This document shows, piece by piece, positions 35,923-45,239 of a stretch of 64,000 nucleotides of DNA. The notes below the pieces were generated by a model. The model did not search any database. It was not told the DNA's origin and saw only the letters and a program-made list of their open reading frames with translations. The stretch covers positions 1,592 to 65,591 of the forward strand of contig CBFGJT010000006.1 in the NCBI GenBank assembly GCA_965649165.1. Reading direction: 5' to 3'. The stretch's first letter is position 1; each line of letters begins with the position of its first letter. The DNA comes from a candidate division WOR-3 bacterium. Its GTDB lineage: Bacteria > Hydrothermota > Tepidihabitantia > Tepidihabitantales > Tepidihabitantaceae. Made by a program: the position numbers and the translations under genes.

Positions 35923-38427
35923 ATGCCAAAAGCAAAGCGTGCAAAGCGAGAGGGCAGGGCCGCGGTACTGATGACCGATTTCCATCGGCTGGAGCTGAAG
36001 CCAAAGGATCTGCGCTGGTGTTGTCCGGATGATTATCTGAAATTCAGGACTACCGAAGATCTGAAGGTTTCCCGGGAAATTGTTGGGCAGGAGCGGGCAC
36101 TGGCTGCACTCGGTCTAGGGCTGGAGATCGAAGCTTCGGGTTACAACATTTTTGTGACCGGTCCCGCCGGTTCGGGACGGACGAGCACGGTTCAGCGGCT
36201 GCTGGAGACGGCGCGGCCAGTCAAGACCCTTACCGACAAGTGTTTTGTGAACAATTTTCAGAATCCGGACGAGCCCCATTTACTGCTGCTACCTGCAGGC
36301 AGAGGCCGGCAGCTGCGCCAGGAGATGGATGAGCTCGTTGCCTATCTGGTTAAAAACATTCCGCGACAGTTCGAGGGCGAGGCGTACCAAAATTCGCGGC
36401 AGGAGATCATCGACCGGTTCAAGGAGCAGGGGGCGGCACGGGTCCGGGATTTTGAGAAGAAGGTGGCAAGCGAGGGGTTTGCACTCGTGCAGACACCGCC
36501 GATGGGCCGGCCGGAGCTGGCGCCGATCGTTGACAAGCAGCCCGTGAGTGTCGATGTGCTTGACCGGCTGGTGGAGGAGGGCAAGCTGACTCCGGAGCGG
36601 GCAAATGAGCTGAAGAACCGGCACCGGGAACTGACCGCGGAGCTGATGGCGATCTTTAAGGAACTCCGGGAGTATGAGCGGCAGGCACGGGAACATCTGG
36701 CTGAACTGGATAAACAGATGGTGAGTCCTCTGCTTGAAGAGCGTCTGGCGGAAATCCGTGAGCGCCACCAGGACCCCAAAGTATCCTGTTATCTTGACGA
36801 GGTCCGTACCGCGGTGTTAGCCGACATTGAGCTGTTCCGTCAGCGCGGGGGCGAATCCGAAGCCGGACCGCCGGCCGGCATTGATCCCTATCTGAAATAC
36901 CGGGTGAATGTGCTCGTTGATAACTCGGATCAGAAGACCGCTCCGGTGGTATTTGAGACCAATCCCAGTTATCGCAATCTCTTCGGTTCGATTGAGCGCA
37001 TCTGGGATCGCTCCGGGCAGTGGCGGACCGATTTTACCCATATTAAAGCCGGTTCGCTGGTGCGGGCAGACGGCGGGTTTCTTGTCGTGAATGCGCTCGA
37101 TCTCCTGCTCGAGCCCGGGGTGTGGCCCAACCTCAAGCGGACTCTGCGCAACCGGCAGCTGGAGATTTCCGCCTATGATCCGTTTGTTTCGCTGTTTGGT
37201 ACGACCGCGCTCAAACCGGAACCGATCCCCTTGGATCTGAAGGTAATCATGATCGGTGAGCCCTGGGTTTACAACCTGCTCGCCGCTTATGATGAAGAGT
37301 TTGGCAAGGTGTTCAAAGTCCGGGCAGACTTTGACTGGGAGATGGATCTGAACCGTAGTTCGGCAGCTGAATACAGTCAGGTCATTAGAGCTCTGTGTGA
37401 AAAGGAGAACCTCCGGCCCTTTGACCGGACCGCAGTTGCGCGGGTGATTGAGTATGGTGCCCGGCTGGCAGGGCGAAGGGACAAGGTGACCACCCGCTTT
37501 AATATTATCGCTGATGTGCTCAAGGAGGCAGACTATTGGGCAGGCAAGGCACAGTCCCGGCTGGTAAAGGCTGAGCATGTCCGGACTGCGATCGAAAAAC
37601 GCCGGGAGCGGGTCCGGCTGATCGAAGAGAAGCTGCAGGAGAGTATCCGCAAAGGGCTTCTCTTTATTGATGTCCGAGGAAAAGTTCTGGGGCAGGTGAA
37701 TGGGCTGGCAGTCTACGATCTGATTGAGCATTCGTTTGCAATCCCAGTACGGATTACGGCCAAGGTCGGCGTGGGAACCGCCGGGATCATCAGTGTCGAG
37801 CGGGAGGCGGAGCTCTCCGGTCCGATCCACGACAAGGGGCTTTATATCATCACCGGTTATCTACGGAACAAGTATGCGGCGGATATGCCGCTGGTGCTTT
37901 CGGCATCGATCACATTTGAACAGTCTTACGGTGGGATTGACGGTGACAGCGCCTCTTCAACCGAGCTCTATGCGCTGCTTTCCGAGCTTGCCGGGCTGCC
38001 GCTGCGCCAGGATTTGGCAGTGACCGGCTCGGTGAACCAGAAGGGTGAGATTCAGCCGATCGGCGGGGTTAATGAGAAGATCGAAGGGTTTTTTGATATC
38101 TGCCGGCAGAAGGGTTTAACCGGTTCCCAAGGGGTTCTGATTCCGAAGGCAAACCTTGGCGACCTAATGCTGAGGGAGGATGTGGTTGAGGCGGTAAGCC
38201 AGGGCCGGTTTCATATCTATGCGATTGAGACGATCGACCAGGGAATCGAGCTGCTTACCGGTGTGCCGGCAGGGAGCCCCGGACGCAATGGTGATTATCC
38301 GCCGGACACAGTTAACGGCCGGGTGAAGGCACGATTAAGGGAGTTGGCTGAGCTCTTCCGGCGGTTTCGAGCCGAAGATTCGAAATTCAGCGGGCCGCGC
38401 CAGTCCGCCGGAGACGACAAACTTTAA
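35923..38427 (+). CDS. Lon-like (COG1067/LonC-type) AAA+ serine protease
   Basis: N-terminus carries IVGQERALAALGLGLEI and Walker A GPAGSGRTS. The C-terminal S16 domain carries GIDGDSASSTELYALLS and VTGSVNQKGEIQPIGGVNEKIEGFF. Confidence 0.8.
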   Translation: MPKAKRAKREGRAAVLMTDFHRLELKPKDLRWCCPDDYLKFRTTEDLKVSREIVGQERALAALGLGLEIEASGYNIFVTGPAGSGRTSTVQRLLETARPVKTLTDKCFVNNFQNPDEPHLLLLPAGRGRQLRQEMDELVAYLVKNIPRQFEGEAYQNSRQEIIDRFKEQGAARVRDFEKKVASEGFALVQTPPMGRPELAPIVDKQPVSVDVLDRLVEEGKLTPERANELKNRHRELTAELMAIFKELREYERQAREHLAELDKQMVSPLLEERLAEIRERHQDPKVSCYLDEVRTAVLADIELFRQRGGESEAGPPAGIDPYLKYRVNVLVDNSDQKTAPVVFETNPSYRNLFGSIERIWDRSGQWRTDFTHIKAGSLVRADGGFLVVNALDLLLEPGVWPNLKRTLRNRQLEISAYDPFVSLFGTTALKPEPIPLDLKVIMIGEPWVYNLLAAYDEEFGKVFKVRADFDWEMDLNRSSAAEYSQVIRALCEKENLRPFDRTAVARVIEYGARLAGRRDKVTTRFNIIADVLKEADYWAGKAQSRLVKAEHVRTAIEKRRERVRLIEEKLQESIRKGLLFIDVRGKVLGQVNGLAVYDLIEHSFAIPVRITAKVGVGTAGIISVEREAELSGPIHDKGLYIITGYLRNKYAADMPLVLSASITFEQSYGGIDGDSASSTELYALLSELAGLPLRQDLAVTGSVNQKGEIQPIGGVNEKIEGFFDICRQKGLTGSQGVLIPKANLGDLMLREDVVEAVSQGRFHIYAIETIDQGIELLTGVPAGSPGRNGDYPPDTVNGRVKARLRELAELFRRFRAEDSKFSGPRQSAGDDKL

Positions 38428-38979
38428 TCCTTCTTCAATACTGAGAGGCGTTTCCGTAATATCGGTTTCCGGAACGATTGCCAGCCAGCCGCTGGTAGGG
38501 TTGGGTGCGGTTGGGAAAAAAACCAGAAATGCCCGGCGGCCGTCGGCAAGTTCCACCGGTTCTTCACCGGTGAGGAAACCGAGCGCAAGAATCCCCTTCC
38601 GGGGATATTCTACCAGCACAGTTTTGCGCAGTGAGGAACGTTTGATAAAGACCGCATCGGTAAGCTGGCGGGCTGAGGTGTAAACCGAGCTGGCGAGCGG
38701 CAGCTGGCGGAAGAAACGGTCCAGCCAGGTCAAAAAGTGCCGGCCGAGATAGCCGGAGGTCAGGGCACCGAGCAGAGTGATTACGCCCATGAGCACCAGA
38801 AAACCGATAAGAGTTAAAAGGATCGAGGGTAGCTGCTGAAGCCAGCGCAGGTGGCGCAGCAAGGGCTGGAGGATGCTGCCGAGGTGGGAGATGATGAACC
38901 AGAGGACAAACACCGTCAGTCCAACCGGCAGTATTGCTGCCAGCCCGGTGATAAAGTAGCGGCGCAGCCGTGGGAGCAT
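38335..38979 (-). CDS. DUF502 family membrane protein
   Basis: 214 aa. The N-terminus RRYFITGLAAILPVGLTVFVLWF is typical of DUF502. Its 3' end overlaps the Lon-like gene by 93 nt. Confidence 0.7.
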   Translation of the reverse strand: MLPRLRRYFITGLAAILPVGLTVFVLWFIISHLGSILQPLLRHLRWLQQLPSILLTLIGFLVLMGVITLLGALTSGYLGRHFLTWLDRFFRQLPLASSVYTSARQLTDAVFIKRSSLRKTVLVEYPRKGILALGFLTGEEPVELADGRRAFLVFFPTAPNPTSGWLAIVPETDITETPLSIEEGLKFVVSGGLARPAEFRIFGSKPPEELSQLP

Positions 38980-38991
38980 ATTCAGGCTGTG

Positions 38992-40116
38992 CTACTCAGC
39001 TGACGGTGTGCTGATGCGCAGATAGGCGAGGGTCTCATTAAGCGCTTTGAGGAAACGCCGGTTTTCCGGCTCCCGTCCTACCGAGACCCGCAGGGCGGTA
39101 GGGAAACCGTATTCCTTGACGGTGCGGGTTATTACCCCTTTGCGCTGGAGAATGTCAAATATGAGCGAGGAGTCAACAGTAAAGTTGACAAAGACAAAGT
39201 TGGCGTAACTTTCAAGATAAAACAGCTTTAAACGCTTGAACTCCCGGTAAAACATCGCCTTACCCACCTCGTTCACCTGCCGGCTGCGTTTCACATGCCG
39301 GGTGTCGCTCAGGGCGGCAAGGGCGGCAACTTGAGCGGCGCGATTGGCATTGAACGGCAGTCGGACCTTCATCAGCGTCTGGATGATCTCAGGCCGGGCG
39401 AATCCGTAACCGATGCGCAGACCGGCAAGCCCATAGATCTTGGAGAAGGTGCGCAGGACGAGAATGTTGTAATTCTGATTGTAAAAGTCCAGCCCCCGCG
39501 GGTAGTCACGGCTCGTGATGTATTCAGCGTAGGCTTCGTCGAGGACAACCAGGACATGTTCCGGTATCTGCGCCATGAATTCGGCGAACTCCTTGCGGTT
39601 GACGATAGTTCCCAGCGGGTTAATTGGGTTATCAAGATAGATGAGCTTGGTCTTCGGTGTAATACTGGCAAGAATCCGTTCGAGGTCGTGCCGATAGTCC
39701 CGGGTGGGGATCTGAATGATGTTGGCGTTCATAATCGTGCCGGCAATCCGGGCGGAAATGAACGAGCCGGCGCTGATGATCATCTCGTCGCCCGGGTCAA
39801 GATAGGCGAGACAGGTAAGATAAATCAGATCCACCGAGCCATTGCCGACAATGATTGAATCATAATCAATCTTGTAGAACTCACTCAGTTGGTGCCGCAG
39901 ATAGTAGCAGGTATCTTCGGGGTAATAATGGAGCTGTGGTAACGCCTTGCGCAGAGCTGCGAGTGCCTTAGGCGATGGTCCAAGCGAATTTTCATTGGAA
40001 GCGAGTTTAACCACCGGGCCTTTGAGTTTGAGCTCCCTTACTACCTCTTCAACCGGTTTGCCCGGTTTGTAGGGAACGACCCGTTCCAGATTCGGCCGGG
40101 GTAAAGGCAATGCCAT
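38992..40116 (-). CDS. hisC: Histidinol-phosphate aminotransferase
   Basis: Carries LASNENSLGPSP and the PLP-lysine context FSKIYGLAGLRIGY. Confidence 0.85.
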   Translation of the reverse strand: MALPLPRPNLERVVPYKPGKPVEEVVRELKLKGPVVKLASNENSLGPSPKALAALRKALPQLHYYPEDTCYYLRHQLSEFYKIDYDSIIVGNGSVDLIYLTCLAYLDPGDEMIISAGSFISARIAGTIMNANIIQIPTRDYRHDLERILASITPKTKLIYLDNPINPLGTIVNRKEFAEFMAQIPEHVLVVLDEAYAEYITSRDYPRGLDFYNQNYNILVLRTFSKIYGLAGLRIGYGFARPEIIQTLMKVRLPFNANRAAQVAALAALSDTRHVKRSRQVNEVGKAMFYREFKRLKLFYLESYANFVFVNFTVDSSLIFDILQRKGVITRTVKEYGFPTALRVSVGREPENRRFLKALNETLAYLRISTPSAE

Positions 40117-41147
40117 TATTCCTCCTTTTTTCCTTCGGTGATACTTTGCGGGATGCGTTTCATAAACGCGAAAAGCACACCCCCGATCAGGGCAAAAAAC
40201 AGATCCAGCACCAGAAAAAGGAGCGCAGTGGACAATGCCTGTTCCGGGCTCAGGCGGTTGGGGAGCCAGGGAGGGGTGAAGAAGAGGACAAAGGCGGCTT
40301 CCCGCACTCCCAGCCCGCCGATCGCCGGAATATTGACGACGATGTTGAGCACCGGGATGAAAATGAAGTAATAGACGGGTGGTACACCGGCACCGACCGC
40401 ACGGGCGGTAAGAAACCAGGTAAAGGAAAGCGCTGCCTGAACACCGATGCCCGAAATAAAACTGACGGCCAGTGCTCCCGGCTGCTGGTGGTAGTTTTTA
40501 ACCGCCTGGTAAGTCCGCTCAACCAGTCCGCTCAACCGTCTCAGTGCGGCAAATTTTCTACTCAAAAAGTCCAACAGGTGATGCAGGGAAAGGTAGACGC
40601 GATCGTTGAAAAAAAGCAGGGTTACCACTACCAGAAGCAAAAGAACCGCAAAGAGCAAAAGTACTACCCCAAAGCCGGTAAATCTGCCGGCTCCTAGACT
40701 CAGTGCTGATGCCTGACGCAGTGATATAACTGCACCCATAATTATGGCAAGGAAAGTCAAACTCTGAAAGCCGAGCAGCCGGTCCAGCAGGGTAGCGGAG
40801 AATGCCTGAGGTCCCATGCCCGGTCTGGTGGTATAGGCGATGCGCATAACATCACCTCCGATTGAGGTGGGCAGGAGTTTGCAGAAGAACAGTCCCAACG
40901 TGAATACCCGGGCAAGATACCAGGTGGAGAAGTTTAACCGCTGTGCCCGGAGCAGGACCTGCCAGCGCCAGGCAGATATAAAAATAAACAGGAGATAAAT
41001 CAAGCCGGCGAGGAGGAGAAAACGCCAGTCCGCTTTTTGGATGGTGGAAATAGACGTACCCAGCTGATGCCGGAACATATAAGCCAGGAGTCCCAGCAAA
41101 CCAAATGAAACAACAAACCGGATGAGATTCTGAAACCGGTGCTTCAC
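40116..41147 (-). CDS. Flippase-like membrane protein (UPF0104 / LPG-synthase TM-domain family)
   Basis: 343 aa with about 8 TM segments. It is coupled to the upstream GT2 gene by a 4-nt overlap. Confidence 0.65.
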   Translation of the reverse strand: MKHRFQNLIRFVVSFGLLGLLAYMFRHQLGTSISTIQKADWRFLLLAGLIYLLFIFISAWRWQVLLRAQRLNFSTWYLARVFTLGLFFCKLLPTSIGGDVMRIAYTTRPGMGPQAFSATLLDRLLGFQSLTFLAIIMGAVISLRQASALSLGAGRFTGFGVVLLLFAVLLLLVVVTLLFFNDRVYLSLHHLLDFLSRKFAALRRLSGLVERTYQAVKNYHQQPGALAVSFISGIGVQAALSFTWFLTARAVGAGVPPVYYFIFIPVLNIVVNIPAIGGLGVREAAFVLFFTPPWLPNRLSPEQALSTALLFLVLDLFFALIGGVLFAFMKRIPQSITEGKKEE

Positions 41148-42103
41148 CCCACACGCTCTTCGGTGTCCGGTGGAGTTCGACGAACCCCGGACTGTCGGAG
41201 CTGGTGCTCAATATTTTCCAGCCGGTCGTTAACCGAGGCGATGGATTCACCCAGAAAGCCGGCGGCAAAGAAGAGCAGGCCGGAAAGCACAAACAGAATT
41301 ACGAGATAAAGGAGGGGACGGAATCCGTGGCCCACAAGACGCAGAACGATCGCCAGGATGCCGGTGATAAACCCGAGAAAAAGGGAGATAAATCCCAGGG
41401 TGCCAAAATAAAGCATCGGTTTGCGCATGAATGAAATCTGAAAAGCAACCGCCAGCAGGTCGAGAAATCCAATTACAATCCGCCATGGGCTGGAGTACTT
41501 CGGTTTACCGGCATATCTGGGTCTGAGTTCGACCGGCACCTCAGCGATTGCGAAGCCCCGCACTGCAGCGAGGGGAACAATGTATCGGTGCCAATCCTTG
41601 CGCAGGTTCATACCGGTCAGCACTTCGCGGCGGAAGGTTTTGAGCGCATTGATGTCGTGAACCTTGAGTCCGAAAAGCTTGCGGGCAAGGAAATTGTAAA
41701 TCTTGGATACCGTTTTCTTCTCGTAATGGCCGACCTTTCTGCCGGTTACCAGGTCATAACCCTTTTTAAGCATCTCAACCTGGAGTTTGATATCATCGGG
41801 TGAAAACTGAAGATCAGCATCAAAAACGGAAACAAATTTACCCCGTGCCCGGGCGAATCCGGCAAGTAGCGCACCGGTCTTGCCCTGGTTTTTCCCCAGC
41901 CGGACAACGGAAAGAAACGGATAACGCGCCCGGGCGGCATCGGCAATCGCAAAGGTTGCGTCAGTTGAACCATCATCAACCAAAATTACCTCATAATTTT
42001 CATCCAGCTTTTCTGCCAATTCAGCAAGGAGCGGTTCAATGTTTTCCGCCTCATTATAAGCAGGCACAATTACCGATACAAGCGGGTTTTTTGAAAACCC
42101 CAT
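41144..42103 (-). CDS. Glycosyltransferase family 2 (polyprenol-phosphate sugar synthase-like) with C-terminal TM anchors
   Basis: Carries VSVIVPAYNEAENI, VDDGSTD and DADLQF, followed by two hydrophobic helices. Confidence 0.85.
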   Translation of the reverse strand: MGFSKNPLVSVIVPAYNEAENIEPLLAELAEKLDENYEVILVDDGSTDATFAIADAARARYPFLSVVRLGKNQGKTGALLAGFARARGKFVSVFDADLQFSPDDIKLQVEMLKKGYDLVTGRKVGHYEKKTVSKIYNFLARKLFGLKVHDINALKTFRREVLTGMNLRKDWHRYIVPLAAVRGFAIAEVPVELRPRYAGKPKYSSPWRIVIGFLDLLAVAFQISFMRKPMLYFGTLGFISLFLGFITGILAIVLRLVGHGFRPLLYLVILFVLSGLLFFAAGFLGESIASVNDRLENIEHQLRQSGVRRTPPDTEERVG

Positions 42104-42289
42104 TTTATTGAATATACCGGATTTTTAATGATTGTCAAGAGATGCGTTAGTGCCGATAGACCAGCGGTCCAGATGGATACCGAATTGTTTAGTATAACTT
42201 ATTGATTTTGTGTAAATTGTAAAATAATGCCTGATGGCGGAGATTGTTGATTTTGGGTCCGGTTGTGGTAAGTATTAGTATAAAACTGG

Positions 42290-43567
42290 ATGATAAGCAT
42301 CACTTTGCTTTTTGCTTTGATATTAAGTCGGATTGTGATTACTGAAGTCATGTCCAATCCTGCTGGTACGGATGGTGCTCAATATCCTGAGGACCGTAAT
42401 GAGTTTGTTGAAATTTATAATGCGGGGAATCGGGCGGTTGACCTTTTTAATTACCGGATATCGGATGGCGACGCCGAGGATGTTATTCGGGCGTGGACCG
42501 ATTCCTCAATTCTGATTCGTCATCCTAATGTGCTCATCGGCACCACTTGGCTGAAGCCCGGTGGCTACGCTGTAATCCTAGATCCGGAATATACCGATCT
42601 GGAGGGGCAGGGCGGTTTTATTCAGCCCTATCATTTTGCCGACTCAACTCTGATTCTCAAAGTAGGCAACACTACGATCGGCAATGGTTTGGCGGTTAAC
42701 GACCCGGTTTCCATTTACGGTTATGATGACACCAGCAGTTTTGGCACACCGGCCAATCTTAATGACGGGTTTCCCTTTAACCCAGGTGACGGTTATTCCT
42801 GGGAACGGATTGATAGCAACGGGCCGGATGAGCCGGATAACTGGGCAATTTGTCCGGATAGCGCCGGCTGTACTCCAGGTGGGCAGAATGCGGTTGCGAT
42901 GCGGGTAGATGTGGTGCTGACAAAACTTGAGATTTTAGATGCCAATCTTCCTGGTGCTGGGGAGACTTTTCATCTTGGTGCCGGCGTGCGTAATCAGGGG
43001 TATGTGAGCAGTCCGACCGGAAATTTGCAACTCCTTTATTATCCAAAGGAACCGATTCAGGAGATCACGTTGCCGGTTATGAGCCCGCGGCAGGAGTCTC
43101 TGTTTGTATTTGAAATTGAAATGCCCTCGGTGCCCAAGGAGATTTGGGCAAGGGCAGTGGTGCCGGGTGACAGAGATACTACAAACAACCTTGCCCGGAT
43201 CACAATTAATCCCAACATGGGTACAGCACCGTTAATTCTGCAGAACCCCAGTTTCAGCCCGGATGGCGACGGTTTTGAGGACAGTCTTTTGATCAGATAC
43301 CGGCTGCCTGAGCCGGGCGGGCGTTTGCGTATGCGGATATTCACCTTAGGCGCCAGTATCGTCAGGACCCTGGTTGATACAAAAAAAGTTTCCGAAAGTC
43401 TGGGTTTAATCTACTGGGATGGCCGGCGGGATAATGGCCTGCCGGCACCGGCCGGAATTTATTTGGTGGTCCTTGATTATTACCGAGGCGCCGGGCGTTT
43501 GCGGTCAAAACTGCCGGTAGTGCTGATCAGAAAACAGGATCAGCGGAACTTCGGGGTGAGAATGTAA
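42290..43567 (+). CDS. Lamin-tail-domain (LTD) protein with FlgD-Ig/T9SS-like C-terminal domain
   Basis: N-terminus ITEVMSNPAG...EFVEIYNAGNRAVDLFNYRISD matches the LTD pattern. The C-terminus carries FSPDGDGFEDS...AGIYLVVLDY. Confidence 0.65.
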   Translation: MISITLLFALILSRIVITEVMSNPAGTDGAQYPEDRNEFVEIYNAGNRAVDLFNYRISDGDAEDVIRAWTDSSILIRHPNVLIGTTWLKPGGYAVILDPEYTDLEGQGGFIQPYHFADSTLILKVGNTTIGNGLAVNDPVSIYGYDDTSSFGTPANLNDGFPFNPGDGYSWERIDSNGPDEPDNWAICPDSAGCTPGGQNAVAMRVDVVLTKLEILDANLPGAGETFHLGAGVRNQGYVSSPTGNLQLLYYPKEPIQEITLPVMSPRQESLFVFEIEMPSVPKEIWARAVVPGDRDTTNNLARITINPNMGTAPLILQNPSFSPDGDGFEDSLLIRYRLPEPGGRLRMRIFTLGASIVRTLVDTKKVSESLGLIYWDGRRDNGLPAPAGIYLVVLDYYRGAGRLRSKLPVVLIRKQDQRNFGVRM

Positions 43568-44403
43568 TTTGCCGGATTCACCCATCTGCCATTGACCATT
43601 ATCCCATAATGCAGATGGTTGCCGGTTGCCAGTCCGGTGGCGCCAACAGTAGCGATAACTTCACCCCGTTTTACGATTTTCCCGGGACTAACCCGGACCT
43701 TCTGGCAATGGGCATAAAAGGTGCGGATTCCCCAGCCGTGGTCAATTTCCACGGTTAGGCCATAGCCGGCGCGCCAGCCGGAGGAGATGACCCTGCCGTC
43801 AGCGGTAGCAACAATCGGTGTGCCCTGGGGTGCGACAATATCCATTCCCTCGTGAAACTCGTATCTGCCGGAAAACGGATTCTTTCGGTTACCGAAGCCG
43901 GAGGTAACCCAGCCTTGAACGGGCCAGATGGAGGGCAGATGGCGTATCCGGTCCTGCTGGTTGGATATCGCCCGGTCGATCTCAAGAAGCGACTGGCGGG
44001 CAAAATTTGCCCGTCTTAAGAGCTCATCAACCTCCGGGGCTACAGTTGCCGGTTGATAACCGCCCACCCCCATTTTTCGGACATCAGCGGGCACAAGCTG
44101 AAGGTTGACCGCGGAGCGGAACCGGTTGTCCATCTGCTCGGTAAAGTTCAGAAACTGGCGGAAACTGTCCATGGCTGCAGTATAGGCAGCCAGTTTCTGG
44201 TTCAGGAGGTTGTTTTCTGCAATCAGCCGGTTAAGCAGGCCCCGCTGAGTAAAACGGGTGATGATAAACTTAGTTACCGCACCACTGAAAAACAAAAAGC
44301 CAAAGATCACAGCTACTGTTATATATATATAGTGGAGGGGGATGGAAAGGCTCAATGCCTTGTTCCGGCGGGTCAGGGTAACCAGAACCTGAAGCCTTTC
44401 CAC
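43540..44403 (-). CDS. M23 family metallopeptidase
   Basis: Carries HEGMDI, GYGLTVEIDHG and GNHLHYGIMVNG, with an N-terminal TM helix and coiled coil. Confidence 0.85.
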   Translation of the reverse strand: MERLQVLVTLTRRNKALSLSIPLHYIYITVAVIFGFLFFSGAVTKFIITRFTQRGLLNRLIAENNLLNQKLAAYTAAMDSFRQFLNFTEQMDNRFRSAVNLQLVPADVRKMGVGGYQPATVAPEVDELLRRANFARQSLLEIDRAISNQQDRIRHLPSIWPVQGWVTSGFGNRKNPFSGRYEFHEGMDIVAPQGTPIVATADGRVISSGWRAGYGLTVEIDHGWGIRTFYAHCQKVRVSPGKIVKRGEVIATVGATGLATGNHLHYGIMVNGRWVNPANYILTPKFR

Positions 44404-44482
44404 AGCAGGATATTAACAATTTGGAATCCGGAGTCAAGTTTTTTAAGGGTATTTTGACCGGTAGTAAATTTAAGGAGGTAAT

Positions 44483-45230
44483 GTGAGGTTGATTCTGTAT
44501 TGCGCCCTGAGCATCTTCGGGGCGCTACCTGCGCTTTTGCCCGTACCCCAGACCATTACAGTATGGGTCCGGTATACCGGTTTGAGCCGGCCGCAGGCGA
44601 TGAGCAAAACTATAATAAGTTCCAGCAACGGCTATGTGGTTGATACCCGCTATGGTGATCCGGCAGTGCCGGCTGTACTGCGTGCCACACCAGCAGCCGG
44701 GCCGGCTTATCATATTATCCAGTTCCCAGGGGCCAATCCGGCCGGAGCTGGCTTGAGCAGCTGGACCGGCTGGGAATAAAAAACTATCGGTTATCTGCCC
44801 AATTACGCCACCGTCGCGAGACTTAGTTCTAAAGACCGGTAGCTATTATCAGAATTGGAGTTTGTTAACTGATTTTTCATCCCGCATACAAGATTCAGGC
44901 CGGACTGCTGGACCATTCTGGCACAGCTGACGTTGCGATTCTGGTAACACCCGGGGAAAACCGGAACTGGTGGTTTTAAGCTGATTACTAATACAGGTGT
45001 TAGGGTGGCTGTGGTCAGCATTAGTCCGTTCCGACAGTGATTCAGGGCACCGGTGACCGGCTGGCGATCATAATGCAGTCTGGGATGGTACCGATGATCA
45101 CAACCGCAGCCTGGGGTAGTAGGTTCTATCTGAAGCGGCGTTCCGGGACGGTGTCGCTGAAAAAAGCTGGTACGGACAAGAGAGGCTGAATTGCGCAATC
45201 TGGGCGTAATAGATTAATTCATTCCGCCTT
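44483..45230 (+). pseudogene. Decayed and truncated secreted-protease-like gene (prodomain remnant)
   Basis: A strong Shine-Dalgarno sequence, GTG start and signal peptide are present. The protein-like sequence then hops between all three frames, reading YHIIQFPG / GPIRPE / WLEQLDRLGIK / IGYLPNYATVARL / FHPAYKIQAGLL, with several premature stops. Confidence 0.45.
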
Positions 45231-45239
45231 TTTAATTAT

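Noticed and set aside
36289-37830. Minus-strand ORFs (159, 145 and 337 aa) and small + frame ORFs inside the Lon-like gene
   Set aside because: They are antisense or off-frame shadows with R/P/L-rich translations. The Lon-like frame carries Walker A and S16 motifs across the whole span.
39295-42111. + strand ORFs (187, 195 and 103 aa among others) opposite hisC, the flippase-like gene and the GT2 gene
   Set aside because: They are antisense shadows. The minus-strand genes have clear family motifs and tight operon spacing, with overlaps of 1 and 4 nt.
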